Shown here: positions 12,112 through 25,109 of the stretch, one piece after another | Numbering within the stretch: the first letter of the stretch is position 1 | How the letters are laid out: every line of letters begins with the position of its first letter | Origin: Dendrobates tinctorius | Lineage: Eukaryota | NCBI RefSeq assembly: GCF_039654945.1 | Contig: NW_027361787.1 | Coordinates: forward strand, 3,038,001 to 3,102,000 | Direction of reading: 5' to 3' | DNA length: 64,000 nt | Translations under genes and position numbers: made by a program | The notes under the pieces: generated by a model | The model's input: only the letters and a program-made list of their open reading frames with translations | What the model was told of the DNA's origin: nothing | Databases searched by the model: none

Positions 12112-13045
12112 CACTGTTCAAAAAAATAAAGGAAACGCTTAAAAAACAGAATATAACTCCAAGCAGATCAAACTTCTGTGAAATCAAACTGTCCACTTAC
12201 GAAGCAACACTGATTGACAATCAATTTCAAATGCTGTTGTGCAAATGGAATAGACGACAGATGGAAATTATGGGCAATTATCAAGACACCCTCAATAAAG
12301 GAGTGGTTCTGCAGGTGGGGACCACAGACCACATCTCAGTACCAATGCTTTCTGGCTGATGTTTTGGTCACTTTTGAATGTTGGTTGTGATTTCATACTC
12401 ATGGTAACATGAGACGGACTCTACAACCCACACAAGTGGCTCAGGTAGTGCAGCTCATCCAGGATGGCACATCAATGCGAGCTGTGGCAAGAAGGTTTAC
12501 TGTGTCTGTCAGCGTAGTGTCCAGAGGCTGGAGGCGCTACCAGGAGACAGGCCAGTACACCAGGAGATGTGGAGGGAGCCGTATGAAGGCATCAACCCAG
12601 CAGCAGGACCGCTACCTCCACCTTTGTGCAAGGAGGAACAGGAGGAGCACTGCCAGAGCCCTGTAAAATGATCTTCAGCAGGCCACAAATGTGCATGTGT
12701 CTGCACAAACAGTTAGAAACTGACTCCATGAGGATGGTCTGAGAGCCCGACGTCCACAGATGCGGGTTGTGCTCGCAGCCCAACACCGTACAGGACGCTT
12801 GGCATTTGGCACAGAACACCAAGATTGGGAAATTCACCAATGGCGCCCTGTGCTCTTCACAGATAAAAGCAGGTTCACACTGAGCACATGTGACAGACGT
12901 GACAGAGTCTGGAGACGCCGTGGAGAGCGATCTGCTGCCTGCAACATCCTTCAGCATGACCGGTTTGGCAGTGGTCAGTAATGGTGCGGGGTGGCATTTC
13001 TTTGGAGGCCACACGATGTTGGGCTGTGAGCACAACCCCCATGGA
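12112..13045 (+). mobile_element. 3'-truncated Tc1-like transposon (pseudo-transposase)
   Basis: TA then cactgttcaaaaaaataaagg terminus; [33 protein letters not shown] and WRPVLFTDKSRF; in-frame stops; no right TIR. Confidence 0.85.
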
Positions 13046-13113
13046 GACACAATTGTGCCTTTACCTGGAGATAAATTCCCAGTGGGGGCAATTTCCAAAA
13101 TGCAATAACTTAA

Positions 13114-13386
13114 GGCTATGTGCACACGTAGTTTTTTGGGTGTGCAGATTTTGTAGAGAAAAGCGCAGGTAAATCCGCAGGACAAAAGTCCTTCGGTTTT
13201 ACACCTCATAATGGATGAGGTGTAAAACTGCAGCGTTTCTGCACCAAACAATTGACATGCTGCGGATTGTAAACCGCAGCAAAACCGCGCGGAAAAATCC
13301 GCAGCATGTGCACAGCATTTTTTAATTTCCATAGGAAATAAAGGTACTGTAGAACGCAGCAGAATCCGCACCATGTGCACATACCC
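13114..13386. mobile_element. PIF/Harbinger-type MITE
   Basis: TIR ggctatgtgcacac / atgtgcacataccc with TAA on both sides. Confidence 0.75.
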
Positions 13387-13684
13387 TAAGTGAGGAATTC
13401 AGCTCTTTTCACACTTAAGGGATCTGTATATGGAGTCTACAAACTACAGTGGGGGAAATAAGGATTTGTTACGCTGCCGATTTTGGGGCTAAAGTCACAT
13501 TTTTGTGAGGAAAAAAAGTAAAATTGTCATTTTTTCCTTCCACATTGCTGAAATTCCCGTCACACTATCCGAATTCAGATATTGTCCTGTCAGAAAGGAG
13601 AATACAGAGAGTGAAAGGGTTAATAGGACTCACAGGAGGAACCGGCCCAGAAAGCAGAAGGTCCAGGAGTGTCCGCCACATATA

Positions 13685-13785
13685 TGACTGCTCTGTGCAC
13701 ACAGGACCTGTGATGAGGTCACAGGAGGGGAGGAGTCAGGGGTCACATGATCAGGGGCCTCAGTGTGTGCAGGACTCAGTGTGCT
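13685..13785 (-). promoter_or_regulatory. Recurrent ZNF 5' motif block (putative promoter), copy 1
   Basis: Reverse complement of gatcatgtgacccctgactcctcccctcctgtgacctcatcacaggtcctg; also at 15675-15737 (-) and 30820-30920 (+), each time upstream of and co-oriented with KRAB exons. Confidence 0.5.
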
Positions 13786-14179
13786 GGAGCGCTCCCGATA
13801 ATCAGCTGCGTGTGTCGCTCTGTGTGATAGTCACAGCACCTGCATGGAGGGCGACACATGCAGCTGATTATCGGGAGCGCTCCAGGGATCCGGGGTCCCG
13901 ATGCAGCTATTCGGTAAGTGATATTAGCCAATAACAACTTCTCCGACGATATTCGCTCATCTCTAGTAATAACAGCTCAAAGAAATTCACCGAACTTTTC
14001 ATTAAGTTTAATAGTAAGACCCTATTAAATATTGAGCACCAGCGGGATGAAGCATTGACAGCGGCATGTAAAAGTGTGGGCGCCCCGGGTCAAAATGGAG
14101 ATTTGTGTACTGAGATAATTTTGACCAAGATTTCACACCTTAATTAGCTTGTTAGGGTTATGGTGAGATCACATGGTGA

Positions 14180-15598
14180 CCAGGAGCTACAGTCTGAGGA
14201 AAGGGCTAAAAAGCCTTCACTAGACCCCTGTACAGCTGTATAATGAGGCCCAGGCTTTATAGTGAAGGGACAGGAGTGAGGGCCTGTGCCCAGGAGCTAC
14301 AGTCTGAGGAAAGGGCTAAAAAGCCTTCACTAGACCCCTGTACAGCTGTATAATGAGGCCCAGGCTTTATAGTGAAGGGACAGGAGTGAGGGACTGTTCC
14401 CAGGAGCTACAGTCTGAGGAAAGGGCTAAAAAGCCTTCACTAGACCCCTGTACAGCTGTATAATGAGGCCCAGGCTTTATAGTGAAGGGACAGGAGTGAA
14501 GGCCTGTTCCCAGGAGCTACAGTCTGAGGAAAGGGCTAAAAAGCCTTCACTAGACCCCTGTACAGCTGTATAATGAGGCTCAGGCTTTATAGTGAAGTGA
14601 CAGGAGTGAGGGCCTGTGCCAAGGAGCTACAGACTGAGGAAAGGGCTAAAAAGCCTTCACTAGACCCCTGTACAGCTGTATAATGAGGCCCAGGCTTTAT
14701 AGTGAAGTGACAGGAGTGAGGGCCTGTGCCCAGGAGCTACAGTCTGAGGAAAGGGCTAAAAAGCCTTCACTAGACCCCTGTACAGCTGTATAATGAGGCC
14801 CAGGCTTTATAGTGAAGGGACAGGAGTGAGGGCCTGTGCCCAGGAGCTACAGACTGAGGAAAGAGCTAAAAAGCCTTCACTAGACCCCTGTACAGCTGTA
14901 TAATGAGACCCAGGCTTTATAGTGAAGGGACAGGAGTGAGGGTCTTCTGCCCAGGAGCTACAGTCTGAGGAAAGGGCTAAAAAGCCTTCACTAGACCCCT
15001 GTACAGCTGTATAATGAGGCCCAGGCTTTATAGTGAAGGGACAGGAGTGAGGGCCTGTTCCCAGGAGCTACAGACTGAGGAAAGAGCTAAAAAGCCTTCA
15101 CTAGACCCCTGTACAGCTGTATAATGAGGCCCAGGCTTTATAGTGAAGGGACAGGAGTGAGGGCCTGTTCCCAGGAGCTACAGTCTGAGGAAAGGGCTAA
15201 AAAGCCTTCACTAGACCCCTGTACAGCTGTATAATGAGGCCCAGGCTTTATAGTGAAGGGACAGGAGTGAGGGCCTGTTCCCAGGAGCTACAGTCTGAGG
15301 AAAGGGCTAAAAAGCCTTCACTAGACCCCTGTACAGCTGTATAATGAGGCCCAGGCTTTATAGTGAAGGGACAGGAGTGAGGGCCTGTTCCCAGGAGCTA
15401 CAGACTGAGGAAAGAGCTAAAAAGCCTTCACTAGACCCCTGTACAGCTGTATAATGAGGCCCAGGCTTTATAGTGAAGGGACAGGAGTGAGGGCCTGTGC
15501 CCAGGAGCTACAGTCTGAGGAAAGGGCAAAAAAGCCTTCACTAGACCCCTGTACAGCTGTATAATGAGGCTCAGGCTTTGTAGTGAAGGGACAGGAGG
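14180..15598. repeat. 110-bp tandem satellite, about 13 copies
   Basis: Unit ccaggagctacagtctgaggaaagggctaaaaagccttcactagacc...gggcctgtgc starting at 14180, 14290, 14400 ... 15501, with few substitutions. Confidence 0.97.
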
Positions 15599-15646
15599 GA
15601 GAAAAGTGGGGAAAGGAGCCAGAAGAGCCGGACTGCCCATCACTAA

Positions 15647-15737
15647 CCTGCAGAGCCGCACTCCACATATATGGCTGCTCTGTGCACAGGACCTGTGATG
15701 AGGTCACAGGAGGGGAGGAGTCAGGGGTCACATGATC
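15647..15737 (-). promoter_or_regulatory. Recurrent ZNF 5' motif block, copy 2, plus a candidate first-exon donor
   Basis: Same motif block, followed on the - strand by ...ggctctgcag|gttagtg (donor-like). Confidence 0.45.
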
Positions 15738-18045
15738 TCCGGAGTGCAGACCTCCATGGAGCCTTCTCCTCAGTCAGTGACATTCCCGCCATTATTCGCC
15801 CCTCACTACTGGCACAATTACCCCGCGCTGCCTTCTCTACACAGTGTTATGTGTGGAATGTAACGTGTGATTTCTCTGGAGGGAAATAGACCCCACACAG
15901 GAGGGAATTCTCACCAGTTACCGGCCGTCTACTATATGGCGGCATATGATTGTGCTATCGACTCCACACCAGGAGCTAAAATGCCCAAATCTCTAATGTA
16001 ACCGCTATAAGAGAAGATATAACAAATTTCCCCTAAACTCACACAGCGGAGGAGGCCTCACTTGGAGCAATGTGACTCGCGCACAGAAAATCTATTCCCG
16101 GTTCTGTGATTAAGTTATCGGCCAACAGGAAGAAGAAAGGTCTGAATTACATCCCAGACTGGAGGAGAAACTGCAGAAGTTAGAATTGGCCAATCAGCGC
16201 TCTTCACCCCTATACTTATCTACACAAATACAAGATATGAAATGACAATTAGACGCCATTCTCACCACCAGAACGGAGAGGCGCTAACTTGGAGTAAAGC
16301 CGCGTTTTATCACCATGCCAATAAGCCTAATAAGATGCCGCTCGTAAGCTCAGAATGAGAGAGTCACTGCATATAATCTCCTCTATAAAAGACCCTAAGG
16401 GTCAGACCTCAGCCCACCCCGATGTCATGTATAGCACTTATAATGAATACCCCCAGAGTTTGTATTCCCCCCACAATCACCCCCCTCACTACTGGAGTCA
16501 TTCCTTCACACACTACATCTACCTAACCTGACTGAGTCCGCGGCACAACAACTCCATTTACACATCTCTGAGGAGGAAATAGTTTCAACAATCAAAAAAC
16601 TAAAAGAGGAAAGGCCCCGGGGCCGGATGGTCTTACAGCAATATATTATAAAAAATGCAGCGATGTGCTGACACCACATATAAAAACCTCTGTAATTCAC
16701 TACTAAATGGCTCACAGCTGCCCCCTGAGCTCTACGTGGCGCATGTAACCGTAATCCCTAATCCTAAGAAAGATCATCTCACCACAAATTATAGACCTAT
16801 ATCCCTCTTATACATTGACTTCAAAATCTTTACATCCATTGTGACTAACAGGACCAATAAAATCCTCCCTCACCTCATCCATCGGGGTCAGGTTGGTTTT
16901 ATACCAGTGTGACAGGCCCCAGATAATATTAGGAGAGGGTTAAATATTATTCATACAACTAACCTACAGCGAAAGCGACTTCTCCTGCTTGCATTAGATA
17001 CTGAGACGGCTTTCGATTCGGTGTCCTGGACATATCTCTTTACTGTTCTATCGGAAGTCGGATTCTCCCCTAAACTTATAAAGTGCCTCCAATTGTTATA
17101 TGATAGCCCTATCGCTTATGTAAAACTCCCATCACCACATCCCCCTCCAATTAATATTCAGAGGGTACCAGGCAGGGCGGTCCTCTATCTCCGGATCTTT
17201 TTGCACTTACAATGGAACCCATTGTGGAAGCAATAAGGAGAGATCAGAATATCCTGGGCCCTGAGAATATGGGAGACCAATATAAAGTCAGTCTCTTTGC
17301 GGATGATCTCCTGCTAACATTAATAAGTCCCCACACTACACTCCCTCACTTGTTTTCCCTCCTTCACGAATTTGAGAAGATCTCAGGGTTAAAGATTAAC
17401 ATTGATAAATCCGAAGCATTATTTGTAAATTTTCCTAAGACAGAGCAAACTACCGTATATACTCGAGTATAAGTCGATCTGAGTATAAGTCGACCCCCCT
17501 AATTTTGCCACAAAAAACTGGGAGAACTTATTGACTCGAGTATAAGTCTAGGGTGGGAAATGCTCCATAGATTATTCCCCCATATGCTGCCCCCATTAGA
17601 AGCTCCATATTGTTCCCCCATATACTGCCCCCATAAGCAGCTCCATAGATTGTTCCCCCATATACTGCCCCCATTAGAAGCTCCATAGATTGTTTCCCCA
17701 TATGCTGCCCCCATTAGAAGCTCCATATTGTTCCCCCATGTGCTGCCCCCATTAGAAGCTCCTTAAAATTATTCCCCCATGTGCTGCCGCTGCTGCTGCA
17801 TGTAAAAATAAAAAAATGACATACAGTCATGGCCAAAAGTATTGACACCCCTGCAATTCTGTCAGATAATATTCAGTTTCTTCCTGAAAATGATTGCAAA
17901 CACAAATTCTTTGGTATTATTATCTTCATTTAATTTGTCTTAAATGAAAAAACGCAAAAGAGAATGAAGCAAAAAGCAAAACATTGATCATTTCACACAA
18001 AACTCCAAAAATGGGCCGGACAAAAGTATTGGCACCCTCAGCCTA

Positions 18046-18567
<522 letters not shown>

Positions 18568-18768
18568 CTATGTTGATGCTTTTGCCCTAAAGCTCTACTT
18601 TTGTCTCATCTGACCAGAGAACATTCTTCCAAAATGTTTTAGGCTTTTTCAGGTAAGTTTTGGCAAACTCCAGCCTGGCTTTTTTATGTCTCGGGGTAAG
18701 AAGTGGAGTCTTCCTGGGTCTCCTACCATACAGTCCCTTTTCATTCAGATGCCGACGGATAGTACGGG

Positions 18769-19157
18769 TCGCACTCTGCGGGATAATGATGAATGTTTAT
18801 TGACACTGAATTACATGTCACGTCGGAGATGTGAAGGAGAGTGTGTCAAATGGCTGACTACGGCCGTTTCACACTACTCGAGCGCTTCCACGGGTCCTGG
18901 AAGCGCTCGAGTAGCGTGAAACGGCCGTAGTCAGCCATTTGACACACTCTCCTTCACATCTCCGACGTGACATGTAATTCAGTGTCAATAAACATTCATC
19001 ATTATCCCGCAGAGTGCGACCTTTTTCTCTTGGAAACTACATTCGTCTTGCTACGAGGTCAAGCACCTGGGAGTCCTGGATGTGAGCTCTCCGCCTGCTG
19101 CCAGCCACGGACCTTAGCACGGTAACAGCGGTGCCGTCCGCTTTCTTGCATTGACTT
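18769..19157. mobile_element. Penelope-type pLTR insertion forming a 124-bp-arm hairpin
   Basis: 16-bp TSD cgacggatagtacggg (18753-18768, 19158-19173); inverted arms 18767-18890 and 18898-19021 with one mismatch. Confidence 0.8.
18856..18896 (-). ncRNA. Minimal type I hammerhead ribozyme-like motif (non-canonical core)
   Basis: GAC-CCGUGGA-A-GCGCU(CGAGU)AGUGU-GAAA-CGGCCG-UA-GUC: stems I and II, a palindromic stem III and GAAA are present; the core is CCGUGGA instead of CUGANGA. Confidence 0.55.
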
Positions 19158-22024
19158 CGACGGATAGTACGGGCTGACACTGTTGTACCCTCGGACTGCA
19201 GGGAAGCTTGAACTTGTTTGGATGTTAGTGGAGGTTCTTTATCCAACATCCGCACAATCTTGCGTTGAAATCTCTTGTCAATTTTTCTTTTCTGTCCACA
19301 TCTAGGGAGGTTAGCCACAGTGCCATGGGCTTTAAACTTCTTGATGACACTGCGCACGGTAGACACAGGAACATTCAGGTCTTTGGAGATGGACTTGTAG
19401 CCTTGAGATTGCTCATGCTTCCTCACAATTTGGTTTCTCAAGTCCTCAGACAGTTCTTTGGTCTTCTTTCTTTTCTCCATGCTCAATGTGGTACACACAA
19501 GGACACAGGACAGAGGTTGAGTCAACTTTAATCCATGTCAACTGGCTGCAAGTGTGATTTAGTTATTGCCAACACCTGTTAGGTGCCACAGGTAAGTTAC
19601 AGGTGCTGTTAATTACACAAATTAGAGAAGCATCACATGATTTTTCGAACAGTGCCAATACTTTTGTCCACCCTCTTTGTTATGTTTGGTGTGGAATTAT
19701 ATCCAATTTGGCTTTAGGACAATTCTTTTTGTGTTTTTTCATTTAAGAAAAATTAAATGAAGATAATAATACCAAAGAATTTGTGTTTGCAATCATTTTC
19801 AGGAAGAAACTGAGTATTATCTGACAGAATTGCAGGGGTGTCAATACTTTTGGCCATGACTGTACTCACCTCTCCGTCGCTGGGTGTCAGATTCTCACCT
19901 GTCCTGCGTCCATGGCTGCTCACCGCTATCTGCCACGTCATTGGTCAGTGACGTTCAGACTGCAGGGGGCGCGCACTAACCACGTCACCGCGCCCTCTGC
20001 TGTCTGAAGTCACTGACCGATGACAGACACAGACAGCAGCAAGCAGCCATGGACGCAGGACAGGTGAGTATCGCTATACTTACCCGTCCTGACGCTGTGT
20101 CTTGAGCCCCCAGCTTCTCCGGGCTCTCTCTTCCTACCTTCAGCGGTCACGTGGTACTGCTCATTAAAACTCATGAATATGCGCATATTCATGAGTTTTA
20201 ATGAGCGGCACCACGTGACCGCTGAAGGCAGGAAGAGAGAGCACGGGGAGAAGCTGGGGGCTCAAGACACAGCGTCAGGACGGGTAAGTATGACCTGACA
20301 CCCCCGCCCCCCATCCCCCTCCGACCACCTTTGTATATGACTCGAATATAAGACGAGAGGGGGACTTTCAGCCCAATTTTTTGGGCTGAAAATCTCGACT
20401 TATATTCGAGTATATACGGTAATATAGCCTCCCATTTTGGGTTTATACACAAAGGACATTATCTAACATATCTGGGTATCAACTTAACAGCCAACAGGTC
20501 ACCTCTGTTTCGGTGGAATTACACTCCACTGATCCAAAACTTCCAGAGGGACCTGGATAGATGGGCTTCCTCAAAGTTATCCTGGCTCGGCAGAACACAT
20601 GCATTAAAAATGGTGTCACTGCCTCGCTTCTTATATCTATTTAGGTCCCTCCCAATTATGGTACCAGCCAGAACGATCACTCATTTACACTCTATGAGGT
20701 CTAAGTTTCATTGGCTCGGAAAACAACCCAGAATTGTGCAAAAACGTATGTTCCGTCACAGAAAAGAAGGGGGTTTATCCCTCCCTAATTTTACACTTTA
20801 TTACAAGTCGGCACAGATTGCTCCATTAATAAGTGCGTGTTCATATCCCAATAGTCTGAGATGGGTTATTCTGGAATCATTTCTCTCCAAACCATTCTCT
20901 TTATCAGGCCTAATGTGGACCACAGACCGACTTCCACGGGGGTTAATGAATGTGGCTCCTTTTACAGTCCACTCGTTGCTTCTTTGGAGGAAAGTCCGGT
21001 TTAAATATAACTTACAATCAAGCCCTTCTCCCCTGACAGCTATATTACAAAACCCCATGCTCCCGCCAGGCCTTGAGCCTCAAATTTTTTCTTGGTGGAA
21101 GCTGAAAGGTTTTCATATACTTAAACATTTGTGTTCCCCATTTAATATCTTACTTGACAGAGAGGAATTTGTTCAAAAATTTGAACCAGATCTTCCACTT
21201 TGCAAAGCAGATCCTCCCGAGCGGTACTACTCTCAGGGCAACGAGTTTTGAAAATAAATGTCTAAATGACCCTTTGGGCAGGGGAATGATCTCATTGATC
21301 TACTATGCTATAAATTCTCCACAAAATGATAAAAAATTGAAGTATATGTTACAGTGGGAGGAGGATCTGGGGTTTGAACAGTCAATTGATGAATGGTATC
21401 GTAGCTGTGACACCCTATCAGAAGGTAGTCACCAGACTTCCCTTGTGGAGACCTCCTTAAAACTATTGTACAGAATCTATTATGTACCGGAAAAAGTTCA
21501 CAGCATTTTTCCTAAAATCTCGGGAGACTGTTTTAGGGGCTGTGGAATATCTGGTGACATGAGACATATTTGGTGGTCTTGTATGGTGGTTTCTGGGCTT
21601 TGGGAGAAGGTGAAGTGTCTGATAGCACAGATGTATGGTGGACCGGTTGTTCTGGAACCTTCTACCCTTTTACTGGGAACCAGGCCTTCCCGGCTTCCAG
21701 AAAGCTTTCAGAAGCTAGTAAACTACTTATGTATGGCCACTAAAATCCACATTGCGGCAAAGTGGAAGTCGCCCTCACTGCCAATATCTATGGTGAAAGA
21801 GAAGATGAACGACATTATGTTACTCTCATTTGTGGCCCCAGCATTTCTTGTAGAATAAATCCCTTTCTCACACAGTCCTGTAGTAATGACTTTGCTCTCA
21901 CGTTTTGTAGGAGGGTTCGTCTGACTCCATCTTATGTTATCAGTATAAGTGCGAGAGATGAGAGACCGACGACCGCAGTTTTACCGTGTGTGTCCGGCGT
22001 CAGTTCTACAGTGTGAGAGATGCA

Positions 22025-23230
22025 GTGTCTGTGACCGAAGCTTGGGGTATATGGGTGTAAACAGCATACACAGAGGGGTCTGTGACCGAAGCTGGGGGTA
22101 TACGGGTGTATACAGCGTACACAGGGGTCTGCGATCAAAGCTGGGGGTATACGGGTGTATACAGAGTACACAGGGATCTGCGACCAAAGCTGGGGGTATA
22201 CGGATGTATACAGCATACACAGGGGACTGCAACCAAACCTGGGGGTATACGGGTGTATACAGTGTACACAGGGGTCTGCAACCAAAACTGGGGATATACG
22301 GGTGTATACAGTGAACACAGGGGGCTGTGACCGAATCTGGGGTATACAGTGTATACAGCGTACACAGAGGGGTCTGTGACCAAAGCTGGGGGTATATGGG
22401 TGTATACAGCATACACAGAAGGGTCTGTGACCGAAGCTGGGGGTATACGGGTGTATAGAGCATACACACAGGGTTCTGAGACTGAAGATGGGGGTATACA
22501 GGTGTATACAGTGTGAGAGACGCGGGGTCTGTGACTGAAGATGGGGGTATACAGGTGAATACAGTATACACAGGGGTCTACGACTGAACCTGCGGGTATA
22601 CGGGTGTATACAGTGTACACAGGGGTCTGCGACCAAAACTGGGGATAAACAGGTGTATACAGTGAACACGGGTCTGTGACCGAAGCTGGGGGTATACGGG
22701 TGTACACAGCGTACACAGAGGGGTTTGCGACCGAAGCTGGGGGTATACGGGTGTATACAGCGTAAAGAGAGGGGTCAGTGACCGAAGCTGGGGGGTATAC
22801 GGGTGTATACAGCATACACACAGGGTTCTGAGACTGAAGCTGGGGGTATACAGGTGTAAATAGTGTGAGAGACGCGGGGTCTGTGACTGAAGCTAGGTGT
22901 ATACAGTATACACAGGGGTCTGCAACTGAAGCTGAGGGTATATGGGTGTATAAAGAGCACACTGAGGGGTCTGCGGACGAAGCTGAGGGAATACAGGTGT
23001 ATACAGCGTACACTGAGGGGTCTGCGACTGAAGCTGGGGGTATACGGGTGTATACAGCGTGCAAAGAGGCGTCTGCAACCGAAGCTGGGGGTATATGGAT
23101 GTATACAGCATACAAAGGGGTCTGCGCCCGAAGATGGGGGTAAATGGGTGTATACAGCGTACACTGTGGGGTCTGAGACCGAAGCTGGGGGTATACAGCG
23201 TACACAGAGGGGTCTGTGACTGAAGATGGG
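22025..23230. repeat. About 50-bp minisatellite (gggggtatacgggtgtatacagcgtacacagaggggtctgtgaccgaagct), split by the ERV
   Basis: Degenerate tandem units; the array continues at 30123-30150. Confidence 0.92.
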
Positions 23231-23623
23231 TGTCGGGATCCCTCAGATTACTCTTTCATCTGAAGGACCGATGTTCTTGGGTGTGAAGCATCATATGTCT
23301 CTAATTAAATCAGCTCCGTGGAGAAGAACTACACAGACACCAGCTGTATGGTACAACTCAGGATGCCTCCAAGACGCCTCTGGCTTATCAGTTAGGCTTC
23401 CGTCTTTTATAGTAAAGAATTTAAACATTTTACAGACATGCGCAGTACAAATGATTTTACAACTTGTTTTAGACAAAGAAAGTCATTTAGGCGAAAAAGC
23501 AGAGGTATTTGACCTTGGTTCACAAGGGAGATGTCTGAGACATCTCCTCGAAGAACAGATAAGGTTTTAAACAAGAGAATGCAACATAGACAGAACTCAA
23601 TTTAACTCCTTCAGTTCCTATCA
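23231..23623 (-). repeat. ERV 3' LTR
   Basis: Identical to 29730-30122 except for 4 substitutions; adjacent polypurine tract (aaagggggga on the - strand). Confidence 0.95.
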
Positions 23624-23887
23624 TTCCCCCCTTTGACATCTTCATTTTCCACAATCTGGAACACTGGATCCTGCAACAACAGCGGATAGTGGCTCGTTCA
23701 CCAGGTACTATCCCAGGCCGACGGGTTGCCCAAGGGAGACAGGTCCTCTACCTTCTCCATCCCCCAGATACTGAAGCCACGTCCATCATTGCAAGAGTAC
23801 GCTCCTTCATGCCAGAAATGAGATGTCAATCTAGGACTCAAAGGAATAATAGTTAAATTCTTGTTGTTTACAGTCAAACTTCCTTAT

Positions 23888-25100
23888 CTATTTCTACATC
23901 TTTTCTTGCATACAGAGATACACCCAAAAACAAGTTTCAATAGCACATATATTACGAAGATACAAACAACAATGATTTTGGACAGCAACGGTGGTGTTCA
24001 ATATATCCAATATATCCCATATTTGGTCATCTAAGTAATCTGTAGCCCTGACTAATTTATCCCACATTTGAGTAATCATAGGATAAATAAAAATAGAGCT
24101 GACAATTTTATTAGCCACACTCATCTGCACTATATGTGGTCTCCCAGAGAGGCGAGATGTATTGTCAGCAGCTCTTTTGTACAACGTGTGTTTAGGTATG
24201 CTCTGAGTATTCAACTGGTCATTCGGAATAACAAAGGTAGCTGGAGTCAAACGTCCCAGAGTACAAGCACCTTTTACCCCTACTGGCAACCATTTATATG
24301 CATTGTCTCCACATACCCAGAACATGTCACTAGGTAGGTCCCATAGGGCTGAATGTTGTAATACCAGTCTATGAACTAAATCTATGAACGGAGATACATT
24401 CTGAAGCATACACCAATTTGGAAGTTGTCCTAAAGGGCTACAATACCCTACATCGGGATTTCTACAGGTGGGAGTTCCTTTCTCATATCCAGATGACTCG
24501 TTGCAAGGTATATTACCTGAAATATTAAAACAAGTTTCATTATTGCCCTGGGGAAATAAATTGGAATACTCCCAGGACGTGTTATGCAACCTTCTTTCTA
24601 GCAGTATTGGTTTGAAGGCATCAGTAGAGTGGGAAGTTACATTAAAACTAACTTGTAGGCCATACATTGGAATTTGCCCCAGGTAGGTTAATCGAGTTCT
24701 ATTCCTGGGTACCCAAGCCCCCCCTTTATATGCCAGATATTGAAGGTATGTATTACTTCCTGAAAGATTACCCTGCCACCAAGGGTATCCTACCCATCCC
24801 ACAATAGGTATACCGACAGTTGTGTTCCATAACTTCACATTATTTGTGGCATTATTAGCAAGTGTATCAGAACAACTGGTCCAGGCAAATAATTCCTCGG
24901 GTGGCATAGGAATAACAAGGAACGGAATACTAGTGGCTGATACTGCTGAATGTGTGCAGATCCAGCAAATGATTTGACCAATCATTTAGTATTTTTTCAT
25001 GATGTTGTATAAACTTATTATTCAAGGACATTGGAGAATTTAGATTGTCCCACGCAGCTACCATTATTACAGATAATGCAACAAAACCAAACCAAAACAT
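23888..25100 (-). pseudogene. env: ERV env (SU largely open; signal peptide frameshifted; TM ectodomain deleted)
   Basis: Signal-like MFWFGFVALSVIMVAAW at 25100, CWIC motif, FWVCGDNAYKWLP...CTLG, basic site YKR; the membrane anchor IIVVCIFVIYVLLKLVFGCISVCKKR is in another frame. Confidence 0.85.
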
Positions 25101-25109
25101 TATGCACTC

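Noticed and set aside
14180-15598. CRISPR-like periodicity
   Set aside because: No unique spacers, no cas genes, and a eukaryotic context; it is a plain tandem satellite.
21932-23205. Long overlapping ORFs (also 30110-31034, 41985-42432, 51227-51856, 54785-55240, 62803-63610)
   Set aside because: Open in several frames on both strands because minisatellite units lack stops; low-complexity translations.
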